64,000 nt of DNA. Origin: a virus. The position numbers and the translations under genes were made by a program. The notes beneath the pieces were generated by a model, which saw nothing but the letters and a program-made list of their open reading frames with translations, ran no database searches and was not told the DNA's origin. Of this stretch, positions 20,415 through 29,659 are shown piece after piece. The stretch is taken from positions 133,027 through 197,026 of IMG/VR virus record IMGVR_UViG_3300012000_000001, one strand, 5' to 3'. The first letter of the stretch is position 1, and each line of letters opens with the position of its first letter.

Positions 20415-20718
20415 TTTGAACTTTTAAGTTATATGGTCTATTTCGTACCTTAGTATAATACACCCTTGCATCATCAACAACTGTTGTATTCCAACTAGTA
20501 TAGTCCATCAAGTGACCAAATACTAAATGACACTTGGTACACAAAGTAATTAAATTTGCGGGATCTAATTCTCTTTCTGGATTTATATGAAACGGCTCTA
20601 TATGATGAACCTCTAGTTTTTGTGACGTTCCGCACGCAGCGCACAGTGGTTGTTGTTCAAGATGTTTTTTTCTACACGATGACCATTGAGATGATCTATC
20701 AGATAATATTTGCCACAT
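20323..20718 (-). CDS. Small HNH endonuclease
   Basis: CAACG...EVHHIEP...NLITLCTKCH. Confidence 0.85.
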   Translation of the reverse strand: MWQILSDRSSQWSSCRKKHLEQQPLCAACGTSQKLEVHHIEPFHINPERELDPANLITLCTKCHLVFGHLMDYTSWNTTVVDDARVYYTKVRNRPYNLKVQNDTKSSYIYSVVVGLCRRFFGHDRPQYPRL

Positions 20719-20724
20719 ATGACC

Positions 20725-20868
20725 TTAACCACCCCCTCCGCCGCCTCCGCTCAGTATGGTTCTGCTTGGTGTTATAGTAACAGTTGGAGTAACTGTTGGT
20801 GTTGGGGTCACACTAGTAAGGGGTTTTTGAGTAGGTACTGGACAGCAATTAATATTAATTATAGTCAT
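20725..20868 (-). CDS. 47-aa Thr/Pro-rich peptide with CC motif and poly-Gly tail
   Basis: Manual translation MTIININCCPVPTQKPLTSVTPTPTVTPTVTITPSRTILSGGGGGGG*; below ORF-track cut-off. Confidence 0.6.
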   Translation of the reverse strand: MTIININCCPVPTQKPLTSVTPTPTVTPTVTITPSRTILSGGGGGGG

Positions 20869-20892
20869 TATAATACCTTTTATTTATAAATT

Positions 20893-22389
20893 TCAAATGA
20901 TTGAAGGGATAGGTGTTGGCGTGGGAGTTGGTGTAGGTGTTGGTGATGGCGAAATTGCAGTAGCATTATTATTACATAATTTTACAACCACATTATCTAT
21001 AGCCGCCCCAACAACGCCACAATCCGTACAGGTGCTTTCAAATTTTACAAGTGTAATCGTACTATCTGCTGTAAAAACAAGAGTTTTAGTAACCCAGCCC
21101 ATAGACTCATATGTTCCAAATGTAGTAGACGATGGATCGAAAGAATAATCTTTTGTAATTGTTGACGAACCAATAATCGATAATCTGCATGTTTTTACGA
21201 TATTTTTTTCTGTAATATTATGTGCAGCCAAATTAAAAGTTACTGAATATGTGCTTCCAATAATTGTATTAATACTTTGTTGAATATATCCTGCACTTAA
21301 AGCATTCAAATCTATCCATTTATTAACAGGCTGAGTATCATCATATTGTGAAAGTGAATGAATATCCACATTAGATATAGTCCAATAATCTAATGCCCCA
21401 ACTGGGGATGTTCCAACATCTGGAGCAGATCCTGGCGTTCCAGACTCAAAATCTCCATTTAAAACCAAATTGGTTGAACCCTCATCATCAATACAAACAC
21501 AAACATTAAAATGTCCAGTATTATCTTGAGGCTGCGGATCATAAAAGAATAAATATAGTTTGCCTGTTTCGTTTGCTATAGCACTATAAGATGATCCAAC
21601 AAAAAATACCGTACCAGATTCACCAATACGGCCAAGCAAACTAACATAAGGAAATCCAGAAAGTGGATCATTGCCTGTTCCTGGTATTCCATCAGGACCA
21701 TATGCTCCAGGATGATCTGACCATCCTACATTAATATTGCCATCAGCCGATATTGTTAATAGAGATCCAGCATTTACTTGTATATTTGTATTTAGTGCAT
21801 TGGCTGAACTATTATGAGTAGGTCCTAAAACTTTGGGAGAAGGACATATAAAACCACCAACGACAATATCGTTAGGCATACAAAGGGCTAACACTATATT
21901 ATTAGCTGGATCTTTGATCGTAACTCTTCCGATGCCGTTATGGCAATCTGATAAATTACATTCTAGTCGTAATGTAGTAGACTGACTGCTAAGAATATGT
22001 TCATTAATTGTAAATACTGTTTCTCTATACCTCCCATCAGGAAAATTATTTAAATTTGCTTCGCCTATCAAATTGTTGTCAATATAAAAATTAAAAATAG
22101 CCCTATTACATGAGTGACCAGCAGAACAATTGACCGGATCATATGATACAATTGCGGTGTATCCATACAGATCAACACCTTCCCCTAAACAAATATCTGG
22201 CACTGGCGTAGGAGGTGGTGGGGGTGGGGGCGGTAATGGAATATCTATGATATTAGATTTGTCACAACAGCCGCTGCCTCCAATACGCAACTGAATACTA
22301 GAAGCCCTAGATCCTCCTGGAGACAATATACTACCAGGAACATATAATTTAATTATTTTTTTGTCGCAATTAATTAGGGGAGTTGTCAT
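20893..22389 (-). CDS. Cys/Pro-rich putative surface protein with LecA/PA-IL-like and DUF642-like carbohydrate-binding domains
   Basis: [36 protein letters not shown]; [24 protein letters not shown]. Confidence 0.65.
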   Translation of the reverse strand: MTTPLINCDKKIIKLYVPGSILSPGGSRASSIQLRIGGSGCCDKSNIIDIPLPPPPPPPPTPVPDICLGEGVDLYGYTAIVSYDPVNCSAGHSCNRAIFNFYIDNNLIGEANLNNFPDGRYRETVFTINEHILSSQSTTLRLECNLSDCHNGIGRVTIKDPANNIVLALCMPNDIVVGGFICPSPKVLGPTHNSSANALNTNIQVNAGSLLTISADGNINVGWSDHPGAYGPDGIPGTGNDPLSGFPYVSLLGRIGESGTVFFVGSSYSAIANETGKLYLFFYDPQPQDNTGHFNVCVCIDDEGSTNLVLNGDFESGTPGSAPDVGTSPVGALDYWTISNVDIHSLSQYDDTQPVNKWIDLNALSAGYIQQSINTIIGSTYSVTFNLAAHNITEKNIVKTCRLSIIGSSTITKDYSFDPSSTTFGTYESMGWVTKTLVFTADSTITLVKFESTCTDCGVVGAAIDNVVVKLCNNNATAISPSPTPTPTPTPTPIPSII

Positions 22390-24416
22390 GGTATTATATC
22401 TCCAAAACACGTTGAATTAATAGAATATGAATATCCCGGATTAACTGTGTCGCAATCTATAGCAGATACTGGTAGTGGGTTCCATGAATTACTATTATTT
22501 AATGAATATTCAATAGAACAACAACATTCGCTATTCTTCTCTACCTGCAATTCTACAATTATACCATTATTAATAAGAGCGCCGTCAATAAATCCATCAC
22601 AAATTATAATTTCATTACACGACTCCCAGCAGTACTCCTCCGTAAAACTAGACCAAGCACTATCTAATGCAGACTCTTGGCAATAGTTTAAAGAAATAGT
22701 TTTGATTCTAAATTTAACATAGCCGTTGGAACATTCTTGAGAGGCTGCTATATTGTCTGGTCTAGGTCCCAATAGACTTGTTAAAGAAAAATTGTATGAA
22801 TTAATAAGAGTATTGAATATACAAACCTGATCTAATAATTGTCCATTATGGTCTACCGCTTGAATCATATAGCCTGTAGCGCAGCTTTGATTATTTGGAG
22901 AAGATAATCCTGACCATGACCAATTCAAAGAGACTAATGTATCATTTGCGCCAGCCACCCCATCATCAAAACACGCACAACCAGATTCTACAATAGTAGG
23001 AGGAGATAACTGACAATTCACAGACGGTGTTGGTGTTGGTGTGCTTGAAGGTGACGGTGTGCAACAATTACAATTATTGGTATCTCCATCAAATACCCAT
23101 ACTGGAGGCACATCACACTGACAAGCAGTAGATGTTCCTGAAATATTTAGACCATTAACACAAGATATATTGGCGGTAGCTGTCCATTTATTAGCGCATG
23201 ATGATGATCCCGTATATGGTACGCTGGGATCACATGTTACTGCCATAAAATATGTGTCGCCACATGATAATGTTCCACTACTAGTCCAATAATTAGGCAT
23301 GACTTTAGTGAAGAATAAATCTAATGTTATCGTTCTACTCATATTACTACAGTTTAATACAAATGTAGTCAAACCATTCCAATCACAACATGTTCTGGGC
23401 GAAATAGATGGTGTTGGAGTACTAGTGGCAGTTGGTGTTGGTTTAGGAGTTTGGGTTTTAGTTACTGTGGGTGTTGGACTAGATGTTGGTGTTGGAGTAC
23501 AGCAACTACAATTAGAAAAATCTGCAATAAAACTCCAAATAGGAGGAGCATTACACTGACATACTTCTCTAACCCCTGTAATTATTAAGCCAGTAGCGCA
23601 TGACATTGTGAGTGAAAAAGACCACTTATTGATACACGAGTTTGCTCCAGCGTATCTAATATCTGGATTACAAGTTATTGTAGACGTAAAAGTGTCTCCA
23701 CAATTTAATGTCCCGTTTGCAGTCCATGTAGATGGTCCCGTCTTTGTATACTGCACTGGTAATATTAAATTATTACAGGTTTCTCCAAACTGAATAAATG
23801 TATTACCATCCCATTCACAACAAGTTTGTCTCGACGGGGTAGGTGTTATAGTTGCTGTTGGCGTTGCTGTTGGAGTTATTGTATTTGTCGGAGTGGTTGT
23901 TGGTGTGGATGTTTTGGTTGGGGTGATAGTATTTGTTGGAGTAACAGTAATAGTTGGTGTTACTGTTGGTGTTTTTGTTTGTGTAGGAGTTACAGTTGGT
24001 GTTTGAGTCTTAGTAGCAGTTATGCTTGGTGTTGGAGTTGGTGTTCTTGTACTAGTAACTGTCATTGTTGGAGTGACAGTAGGAGTACTAGTTATGGTCG
24101 GTGTGACAGTAGGAGTTCTAGTTACTGTTGGGGTTTGTGTTTTTGTAGGTGTTCTAGTTGGTGTTCTTGTAGGGGTTTTTGTAGGGGTTTTAGTTATAGT
24201 CGGAGTTATTGATGGAGTGATTGTAGGAGTAGGTGTAGGTGTTTTTTTAGGAGTTTTAGTAGGTGTAGGCGTTTTGGTTAAAGTTCTAGTTGGTGTAGGA
24301 GTGACCAAAGAACGATCAATTATAATACATGTTTCATCCGACCTAATTTTAGGCGGTTTAGGCGTAGGACTTGGTGTTCTTGTGGGTGTTGGAGATGGAG
24401 GTATTATCTTTGACAT
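22386..24416 (-). CDS. Mucin-like Thr/Pro-rich protein with two Cys-rich repeats
   Basis: About 150-aa (TP/TxT)n tract; two ~110-aa repeats TCC.W.G.T...CGDT...TC.P...C.NKW...C..G...CQC..PP.W...C.CC. Confidence 0.85.
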   Translation of the reverse strand: MSKIIPPSPTPTRTPSPTPKPPKIRSDETCIIIDRSLVTPTPTRTLTKTPTPTKTPKKTPTPTPTITPSITPTITKTPTKTPTRTPTRTPTKTQTPTVTRTPTVTPTITSTPTVTPTMTVTSTRTPTPTPSITATKTQTPTVTPTQTKTPTVTPTITVTPTNTITPTKTSTPTTTPTNTITPTATPTATITPTPSRQTCCEWDGNTFIQFGETCNNLILPVQYTKTGPSTWTANGTLNCGDTFTSTITCNPDIRYAGANSCINKWSFSLTMSCATGLIITGVREVCQCNAPPIWSFIADFSNCSCCTPTPTSSPTPTVTKTQTPKPTPTATSTPTPSISPRTCCDWNGLTTFVLNCSNMSRTITLDLFFTKVMPNYWTSSGTLSCGDTYFMAVTCDPSVPYTGSSSCANKWTATANISCVNGLNISGTSTACQCDVPPVWVFDGDTNNCNCCTPSPSSTPTPTPSVNCQLSPPTIVESGCACFDDGVAGANDTLVSLNWSWSGLSSPNNQSCATGYMIQAVDHNGQLLDQVCIFNTLINSYNFSLTSLLGPRPDNIAASQECSNGYVKFRIKTISLNYCQESALDSAWSSFTEEYCWESCNEIIICDGFIDGALINNGIIVELQVEKNSECCCSIEYSLNNSNSWNPLPVSAIDCDTVNPGYSYSINSTCFGDIIP

Positions 24417-24434
24417 ATTATAATCTGTTCTAAC

Positions 24435-25436
24435 TTAAAGCACTTTAGCGGCAATAAGACATCCTTTAGATACAGCGTGCAATGGATCCGCAGCATGTTT
24501 AAATTCTTTAATTGGTAATGGAAACTCATTATCAATTAATTTTTGTTTAAAATATTCAATATATCCTTTGGCTTGAGATGTTCCTCCCGCCACAACAATC
24601 GTCAATGGTTCTTTAAATTTGGGAAGAGACTTATGATTACTTAATGCTGATGATAACTGTTTAGTAGTATAGTCTATTAATCTATCATAATAAGAAGCAA
24701 CTGCTGCTAATATAGGGTTGTCATTATGTTCACCCACAGAAAAGTTTCCGCCCTCTTTTTCTGCTTGTACAACACTGTCCGGCTCTCCTGTAGCAACTGC
24801 ACTCATTCTATCAACCCAGTCTCCAGATTTAGTTGTTGAAAATACAACAGTTGGCTCACCGTTTAACATAACGCACACATTAGTCATTCCCGCCCCACAA
24901 CTGATGCCTATGCCAGTATAATCGTTATCATCTAATTCAGCATAACACAGAGCCTCTGCTTCATTAACAGACCTAGCAGAATACCCACAACTATTTAAAA
25001 TGGTTTTTACAACATCTTCATGATAGCTGACATCAAAGTCTTCATCTTCTTGGTCTACTGGTTGTGCAGGTACGCAGAATACTATTTTTTCATTAGGCTC
25101 AGATGCTTGTCCGACTACTTCCTTTAAAATAAAAGCGAGCACTCTTTTTGCATCTTTTTCTTTGGCAGAAACTACGCCCTTAAACATTGGTCTTTTTGCC
25201 GTGTCATTTCTTTCGATGGCTTTTTCTATGGCGTCTTGACCTAAAATAATAAATGAACCGTCTGTGTCTTTTATAAAAGTTTTACCAGTCAATCCTTTTT
25301 CTATCATCTTTGTTGCAACTGGTGTTGAGGGCTTAATAATATAAAAAGCGTCTCTGAAATCTTTATATTGCACTTTATCATTATTGTCTTCTGATAATAC
25401 TATAAAGCTTGTTCCTACGTCAAGACCCTTTGCCAT
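24435..25436 (-). CDS. Actin-fold ATPase (actin-like protein)
   Basis: Phosphate1 GLDVGTS, connect1 NEAEAL, phosphate2 SCGAGMTNV, adenosine VAGGTS, connect2 AVSKG. Confidence 0.85.
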   Translation of the reverse strand: MAKGLDVGTSFIVLSEDNNDKVQYKDFRDAFYIIKPSTPVATKMIEKGLTGKTFIKDTDGSFIILGQDAIEKAIERNDTAKRPMFKGVVSAKEKDAKRVLAFILKEVVGQASEPNEKIVFCVPAQPVDQEDEDFDVSYHEDVVKTILNSCGYSARSVNEAEALCYAELDDNDYTGIGISCGAGMTNVCVMLNGEPTVVFSTTKSGDWVDRMSAVATGEPDSVVQAEKEGGNFSVGEHNDNPILAAVASYYDRLIDYTTKQLSSALSNHKSLPKFKEPLTIVVAGGTSQAKGYIEYFKQKLIDNEFPLPIKEFKHAADPLHAVSKGCLIAAKVL

Positions 25437-25439
25437 AAT

Positions 25440-25757
25440 TTACCTCTTTAAATTTTGTAATTTATTAACAGACAAAGAAATATTCTCATCTGTTTGCTGA
25501 ACTTTTCCAAATTCTTGGTATTTTTTTTCGATCCCATCTGTGTTAATATCCGTAACAAATTTTCTATCGTCTATAATAATTTTATTTTGTGGTTGTTCAT
25601 TATTAGTATGGTTCTTATTATTTTTAATAACTGACTGGGCCCCAAAAATAGTCTGACTATTACTAGTATGCAGTCTGCCAATGATATAGCCAATACCACA
25701 ACTAATAATATTTAATACGGTCAAAATTATGATCAAAATATATATCATTTCAGACAT
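25440..25757 (-). CDS. Small N-terminally membrane-anchored protein
   Basis: Hydrophobic N-terminal helix; 3 nt upstream of the actin-like gene. Confidence 0.7.
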   Translation of the reverse strand: MSEMIYILIIILTVLNIISCGIGYIIGRLHTSNSQTIFGAQSVIKNNKNHTNNEQPQNKIIIDDRKFVTDINTDGIEKKYQEFGKVQQTDENISLSVNKLQNLKR

Positions 25758-25794
25758 AAGCCTACAGCCTCCTACCAGATTTACACCATAGACT

Positions 25795-25825
25795 AAAAGA
25801 AAAAAGGAGCGATTACTCGCTCCTT
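25795..25825 (-). terminator. Intrinsic terminator after ruvB
   Basis: AAGGAGCGA-GTAA-TCGCTCCTT followed by T-run. Confidence 0.8.
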
Positions 25826-25863
25826 AGCTTAAATAAATGTCGTGTAATGAAGAAAGAAATGGT

Positions 25864-26754
25864 CTAGATAGAGCCTATAACCCTGCCCTTTTGGGTTCTT
25901 ACAACATACCCTTTACGCACTAGAAATGGCTCAATACTATTTTCAATAGTGTCTAAAGCAATCCCGGTCATTGCCGAAATAGACTTTAGACCCAAAGGAT
26001 TGCCCTTGCTCCGCTTTAGTGCATCAATATACATTCTATCATATAGATCAAGACCCTTACCGTCGATACCTTGGATCGTAAAAATCTCATCAACAGTAGC
26101 ATCTGCCGTATGACAAGCCATATAGTTTTTGTACCAGGCCAGTCTAGCATTTAAGATTCTTGGTGTGCCTTTGCTTCTTTTAGCAATCTCCAACAGATCA
26201 TCGTCTGTAATATCAATACCTAGCTTAGTGGCGATCAATCTTGCTACTTTAGCTAGATCATCATCACTATAAAAAGACAAATGCTCCTTAATTGTAAAAC
26301 GATCATAAAATGGCTGACTTAAACTACCACCGCTTGTTGTTGCGCCAATGAGCGTAAACATTGGTAGATCAATATGTTCTGGTTCATCTTCCATAGTAAT
26401 ATGCAGAACAAAGTCTTCCATAATCGGATATAGAAATTCTTCAACAATTTTTGGAAGTCTATGAATTTCATCAATAAACAATACCGACCGTGCAGTAACA
26501 CCCATAATATATGGTAGAATACTTTTTACATTACGAATGTTTGCAGCATTGAGCGTTCGCAGATCAACACCCATTTCATTCGCTATAGCACTGGCTATGG
26601 TTGTTTTACCAAGCCCAGGAGGCCCATCAATTAAAACATGCGGCAATACACCACCAGACATTTTACAGCCTGTGGCTGAAATTCGCAGCCTATCGATAAC
26701 GTCTTTTTGTCCGATAATTTCATCAAAAGTGGTTGGTCGTGAAATATTAGCCAT
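25864..26754 (-). CDS. ruvB: Holliday junction branch-migration ATPase RuvB
   Basis: RPTTFDEIIGQ, GPPGLGKTT, FIDEIHRL, EEFLYPIMED, FTLIGATT, SKGTPRI. Confidence 0.93.
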   Translation of the reverse strand: MANISRPTTFDEIIGQKDVIDRLRISATGCKMSGGVLPHVLIDGPPGLGKTTIASAIANEMGVDLRTLNAANIRNVKSILPYIMGVTARSVLFIDEIHRLPKIVEEFLYPIMEDFVLHITMEDEPEHIDLPMFTLIGATTSGGSLSQPFYDRFTIKEHLSFYSDDDLAKVARLIATKLGIDITDDDLLEIAKRSKGTPRILNARLAWYKNYMACHTADATVDEIFTIQGIDGKGLDLYDRMYIDALKRSKGNPLGLKSISAMTGIALDTIENSIEPFLVRKGYVVRTQKGRVIGSI

Positions 26755-26757
26755 GAT

Positions 26758-27159
26758 TTACATTCCTCCAAAAATTTTCATTGCGTCTTTTACCAAAATT
26801 ACAGGATCATTACATTCCGTTATGTTATGAACCTTGTTTATAAGATCAACTGCTTCTTGTTTTGAGAAGCCATAATGTTCTAATATTTTGTATGCCCTAT
26901 TTAAGTATTGTGGACTAGAATCTGATTGTTTTTCTGTTGTCGGTATGGCAATTGGTTGGCTTTTTTTAGCGTAAATAGATTTAATATTTTCTATACGACG
27001 TATTCTATATATATTACCACAATCGCATACCCATTTAAAGTTCTTAACCTGTACTTGATTCAAGAAGAGCCAATGCTCTGCTTCGCACTCTGTGTTAGTG
27101 CATTTATATTTAAACTGTGCATCTAGACTAATCGGTTTCAGGCTTTTCTGTTTTGTCAT
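26758..27159 (-). CDS. Zn-ribbon protein with C-terminal RuvA domain III-like module
   Basis: C-x4-C...C-x-C; C-terminal AYKILEHYGFSKQEAVDLINKV...LVKDAMK resembles RuvA-C. Confidence 0.6.
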   Translation of the reverse strand: MTKQKSLKPISLDAQFKYKCTNTECEAEHWLFLNQVQVKNFKWVCDCGNIYRIRRIENIKSIYAKKSQPIAIPTTEKQSDSSPQYLNRAYKILEHYGFSKQEAVDLINKVHNITECNDPVILVKDAMKIFGGM

Positions 27160-27559
27160 TTTGTTCCTTTAACCAAAAAATAAAATCGCCAACCTCGGCA
27201 TCATACCCACTCTCCAGTATACCCTTGTTGACCAGATGATGCAAGATGTTGCTAACCATTCTAGAATTTAATGCCTCAATTATAGTATACAAGATTTCAT
27301 CATTAATATAGTATTTAACCATTTCATTTGGTTTGCGTTTTTGTTTTGTGTGTTCCTGTACTATTAGTAATGATTCATTGTATGGTAATGCTTGTTCCAT
27401 TTCTTCTAATTCTTCGTTAGATATATTGTATAATGTAGAATCTAATAGGTGAGCTGGTTTAACATCAGTATTTTCCTCTCCAAAAAAACGAAATACTAGT
27501 TTTCTAGCACTATTTACAAAATCTTCTATATTATTAATTTCATACCATGATTTGCTCAT
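27128..27559 (-). CDS. Hypothetical protein (winged-helix-like C-terminus)
   Basis: ORF track. Confidence 0.65.
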   Translation of the reverse strand: MSKSWYEINNIEDFVNSARKLVFRFFGEENTDVKPAHLLDSTLYNISNEELEEMEQALPYNESLLIVQEHTKQKRKPNEMVKYYINDEILYTIIEALNSRMVSNILHHLVNKGILESGYDAEVGDFIFWLKEQNDKTEKPETD

Positions 27560-27569
27560 TTTTATACTA

Positions 27570-28001
27570 TTAATTCAATATGTCGAATAGCCCCTTATAG
27601 TATGTTGGTTGTCTTAAAAAGTGTGTAGCATGAGTTTGAATATGCTTTTTATACATTTGATCTATCGGATTAGAAACAAAATATTTATATTTCCAAACTT
27701 CAGAACCTTGATAGTTATTCCCCAAATACTGGAAAGCATTACCTTTACCAGTACTGGAGAAGTAACTATTCACAGGAAACGACATATCTTTATTTGAACC
27801 AAAAAACCCAGTCTTTGGTGAAATATACCATACATTTGAGGTATATTCAACTATATCATTTAGAGCATCTTGTAGCCATTTACCCCAAGTATCCCAAGCA
27901 TTAGGATCAAACTTGAAGTAATGTTTATACTTGTTCTCTAAATCATCCTGACTATCATCATAGTCATGATCATCATCATAGTTGTCATATTCTTCGTGCA
28001 T
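27570..28001 (-). CDS. Hypothetical protein
   Basis: ORF track. Confidence 0.65.
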   Translation of the reverse strand: MHEEYDNYDDDHDYDDSQDDLENKYKHYFKFDPNAWDTWGKWLQDALNDIVEYTSNVWYISPKTGFFGSNKDMSFPVNSYFSSTGKGNAFQYLGNNYQGSEVWKYKYFVSNPIDQMYKKHIQTHATHFLRQPTYYKGLFDILN

Positions 28002-28006
28002 AGAAT

Positions 28007-28258
28007 TTACCTATAAAATCTATTTTGAGGAACTCCATTACGGGGACGACCTCTATTACCTTTAAATCCTAGTCTCCTTATTATATTTCTAATAGTCTGC
28101 CCACTAAGGTAATACTTTTTACCATAGAAGGAGTTTTCTTCAAAATAATAGTAAAGACTTTTTGCCGACCCTAATTCACCCATTAGTTCAATAAACTTTT
28201 TCTTTGCTTCTTCATTAGTCAATAAAAACTGCAAAAGAGGATTAGTGTGTCTACCCAT
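28007..28258 (-). CDS. Small basic putative DNA-binding protein
   Basis: SGQTIRNIIRRLG, RGRPR; AGGAG RBS upstream. Confidence 0.6.
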   Translation of the reverse strand: MGRHTNPLLQFLLTNEEAKKKFIELMGELGSAKSLYYYFEENSFYGKKYYLSGQTIRNIIRRLGFKGNRGRPRNGVPQNRFYR

Positions 28259-28280
28259 TTGTTTTCTCCTTATATGGTTG

Positions 28281-28316
28281 TGTCAAAGGGTATAGATGAT
28301 TCCATACCCCTGACAC
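28281..28316 (-). terminator. Stem-loop downstream of primase-like gene
   Basis: TGTCAGGGGTAT-N10-ATACCCTTTGACA inverted repeat. Confidence 0.5.
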
Positions 28317-28323
28317 AGAACCC

Positions 28324-29505
28324 TCATCCAATACAAAACTTATCACTAATTTGAGAAGCAAGGTCTTTAGCAGCATTAGAGAGGAATCTGTTGTTACTAA
28401 AGTAGAGCGGTGTTGAGACTTGATTAAGGAACTCCACGACCGTCTTTAAAAGTTTGGTCTGCTGACCATCAAGGCTCATATCCTCGTCAGGCAGAGCATC
28501 CTGTACATCCATAGACCCATCCCCATCGTCTACGAGCGTATCATCGTCAACCGGATGAACTGGCATAGGATCACCATAAGCCTTTTGACCATAGCGACCA
28601 GAAGCATATCCATATACAGCTTTAGTAGCTAGATCTTCCGTACTATTGGTATATGTTTCAGGATTTAAAGCCCTCATCTGATTCAGAATGTTCGTTGCAA
28701 CATTAACTGATACTGGAACTCCGGTGGTATCAGACTGCTTATAAGCCTTAGCATAACCCTTATACCATTCATCACTGCACTTCTCAGGAATAATCTGGAG
28801 AGTAGCAGGTTGACCAGTAAGAGCAGACTTTAGATCAGCAACATTAATTGGTTGACCAGTGCTACCGGGAAGCAGACTCGTAAAATAAGGAGCCTTCTTC
28901 TCCCACTCCTTACGCCACCAAGTATAAGGAACACGATAAATCTGATTTGGCTTGATAGCTCGCGGATCACCACCAAAGTAGTTTACCAGTTTTTTCTGTA
29001 AGCCATTCCAGAAAGTCTTGTTCGATCCAACAATATTTCTTGAAGCATCATCGAAAATCCAGTAACACTGATAACCATTACGAGTATCAACTACCCAGCT
29101 AGGCTTAACAGGAAACTCATTGATCTTCTTAAGAAACTTTTTCTTGTGCTGCATAACAACGCTGGGCTTAAAATAAGTACCATCAGCATTTCTGCCAGCA
29201 TCCATATCACAGAAACAGCAAGTAAATTGCTTGATAGCATAAAGCTTGCGACCACCATTTACATAGAAGTAAGCATCAGAATGATTATTTACATTAGCAT
29301 CAAGCGTCTCATTAAGATCATTAGTATGATTCATACTACTAATCTTCTTACGAGGATTACCATTATAAACGAAAATGTTGCTTTGATTAAAAGAACCAAG
29401 AAATGCAGACCTCTCATGTGCATACTTATTTGCATAGACATTATTGTTCTTATCAAACGGGTTGAAACCAAGATTATCGTTAAACATATTTTTTCCTTTT
29501 CCCAC
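28324..29505 (-). CDS. RepB-like / AEP-superfamily primase-related protein
   Basis: FCDMD, PSWVVDTRNGYQCYW, GDPRAIKPNQIYRVP. Confidence 0.75.
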   Translation of the reverse strand: MGKGKNMFNDNLGFNPFDKNNNVYANKYAHERSAFLGSFNQSNIFVYNGNPRKKISSMNHTNDLNETLDANVNNHSDAYFYVNGGRKLYAIKQFTCCFCDMDAGRNADGTYFKPSVVMQHKKKFLKKINEFPVKPSWVVDTRNGYQCYWIFDDASRNIVGSNKTFWNGLQKKLVNYFGGDPRAIKPNQIYRVPYTWWRKEWEKKAPYFTSLLPGSTGQPINVADLKSALTGQPATLQIIPEKCSDEWYKGYAKAYKQSDTTGVPVSVNVATNILNQMRALNPETYTNSTEDLATKAVYGYASGRYGQKAYGDPMPVHPVDDDTLVDDGDGSMDVQDALPDEDMSLDGQQTKLLKTVVEFLNQVSTPLYFSNNRFLSNAAKDLASQISDKFCIG

Positions 29506-29568
29506 TACTTACTACCTACACAAATGATATTGGGACAGTAAACACTACCATCAAAAGCAATATCTAAA

Positions 29569-29650
29569 AGATGGTGTTGGAATCGAACCAACCTATAACT
29601 AGTATCCGCCCAGCGGCCCACCTTCATCCTAGTGCCTATTGCTAGGCACA
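29569..29650 (-). ncRNA. tRNA-like structured element (T-arm plus GNRA hairpin)
   Basis: GTTGG-TTCGATT-CCAAC T-arm; GTGCCTA-GCAA-TAGGCAC hairpin; no full cloverleaf. Confidence 0.35.
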
Positions 29651-29659
29651 AATCCTCAA

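Noticed and set aside
23400-24400. Repetitive DNA resembling a CRISPR or tandem repeat array
   Set aside because: These are degenerate Thr/Pro codon repeats inside a CDS, with no fixed repeat-spacer periodicity.
29569-29630. A functional second tRNA
   Set aside because: No proper D-arm or anticodon arm, and the acceptor stem is bulged; kept only as a tRNA-like element.
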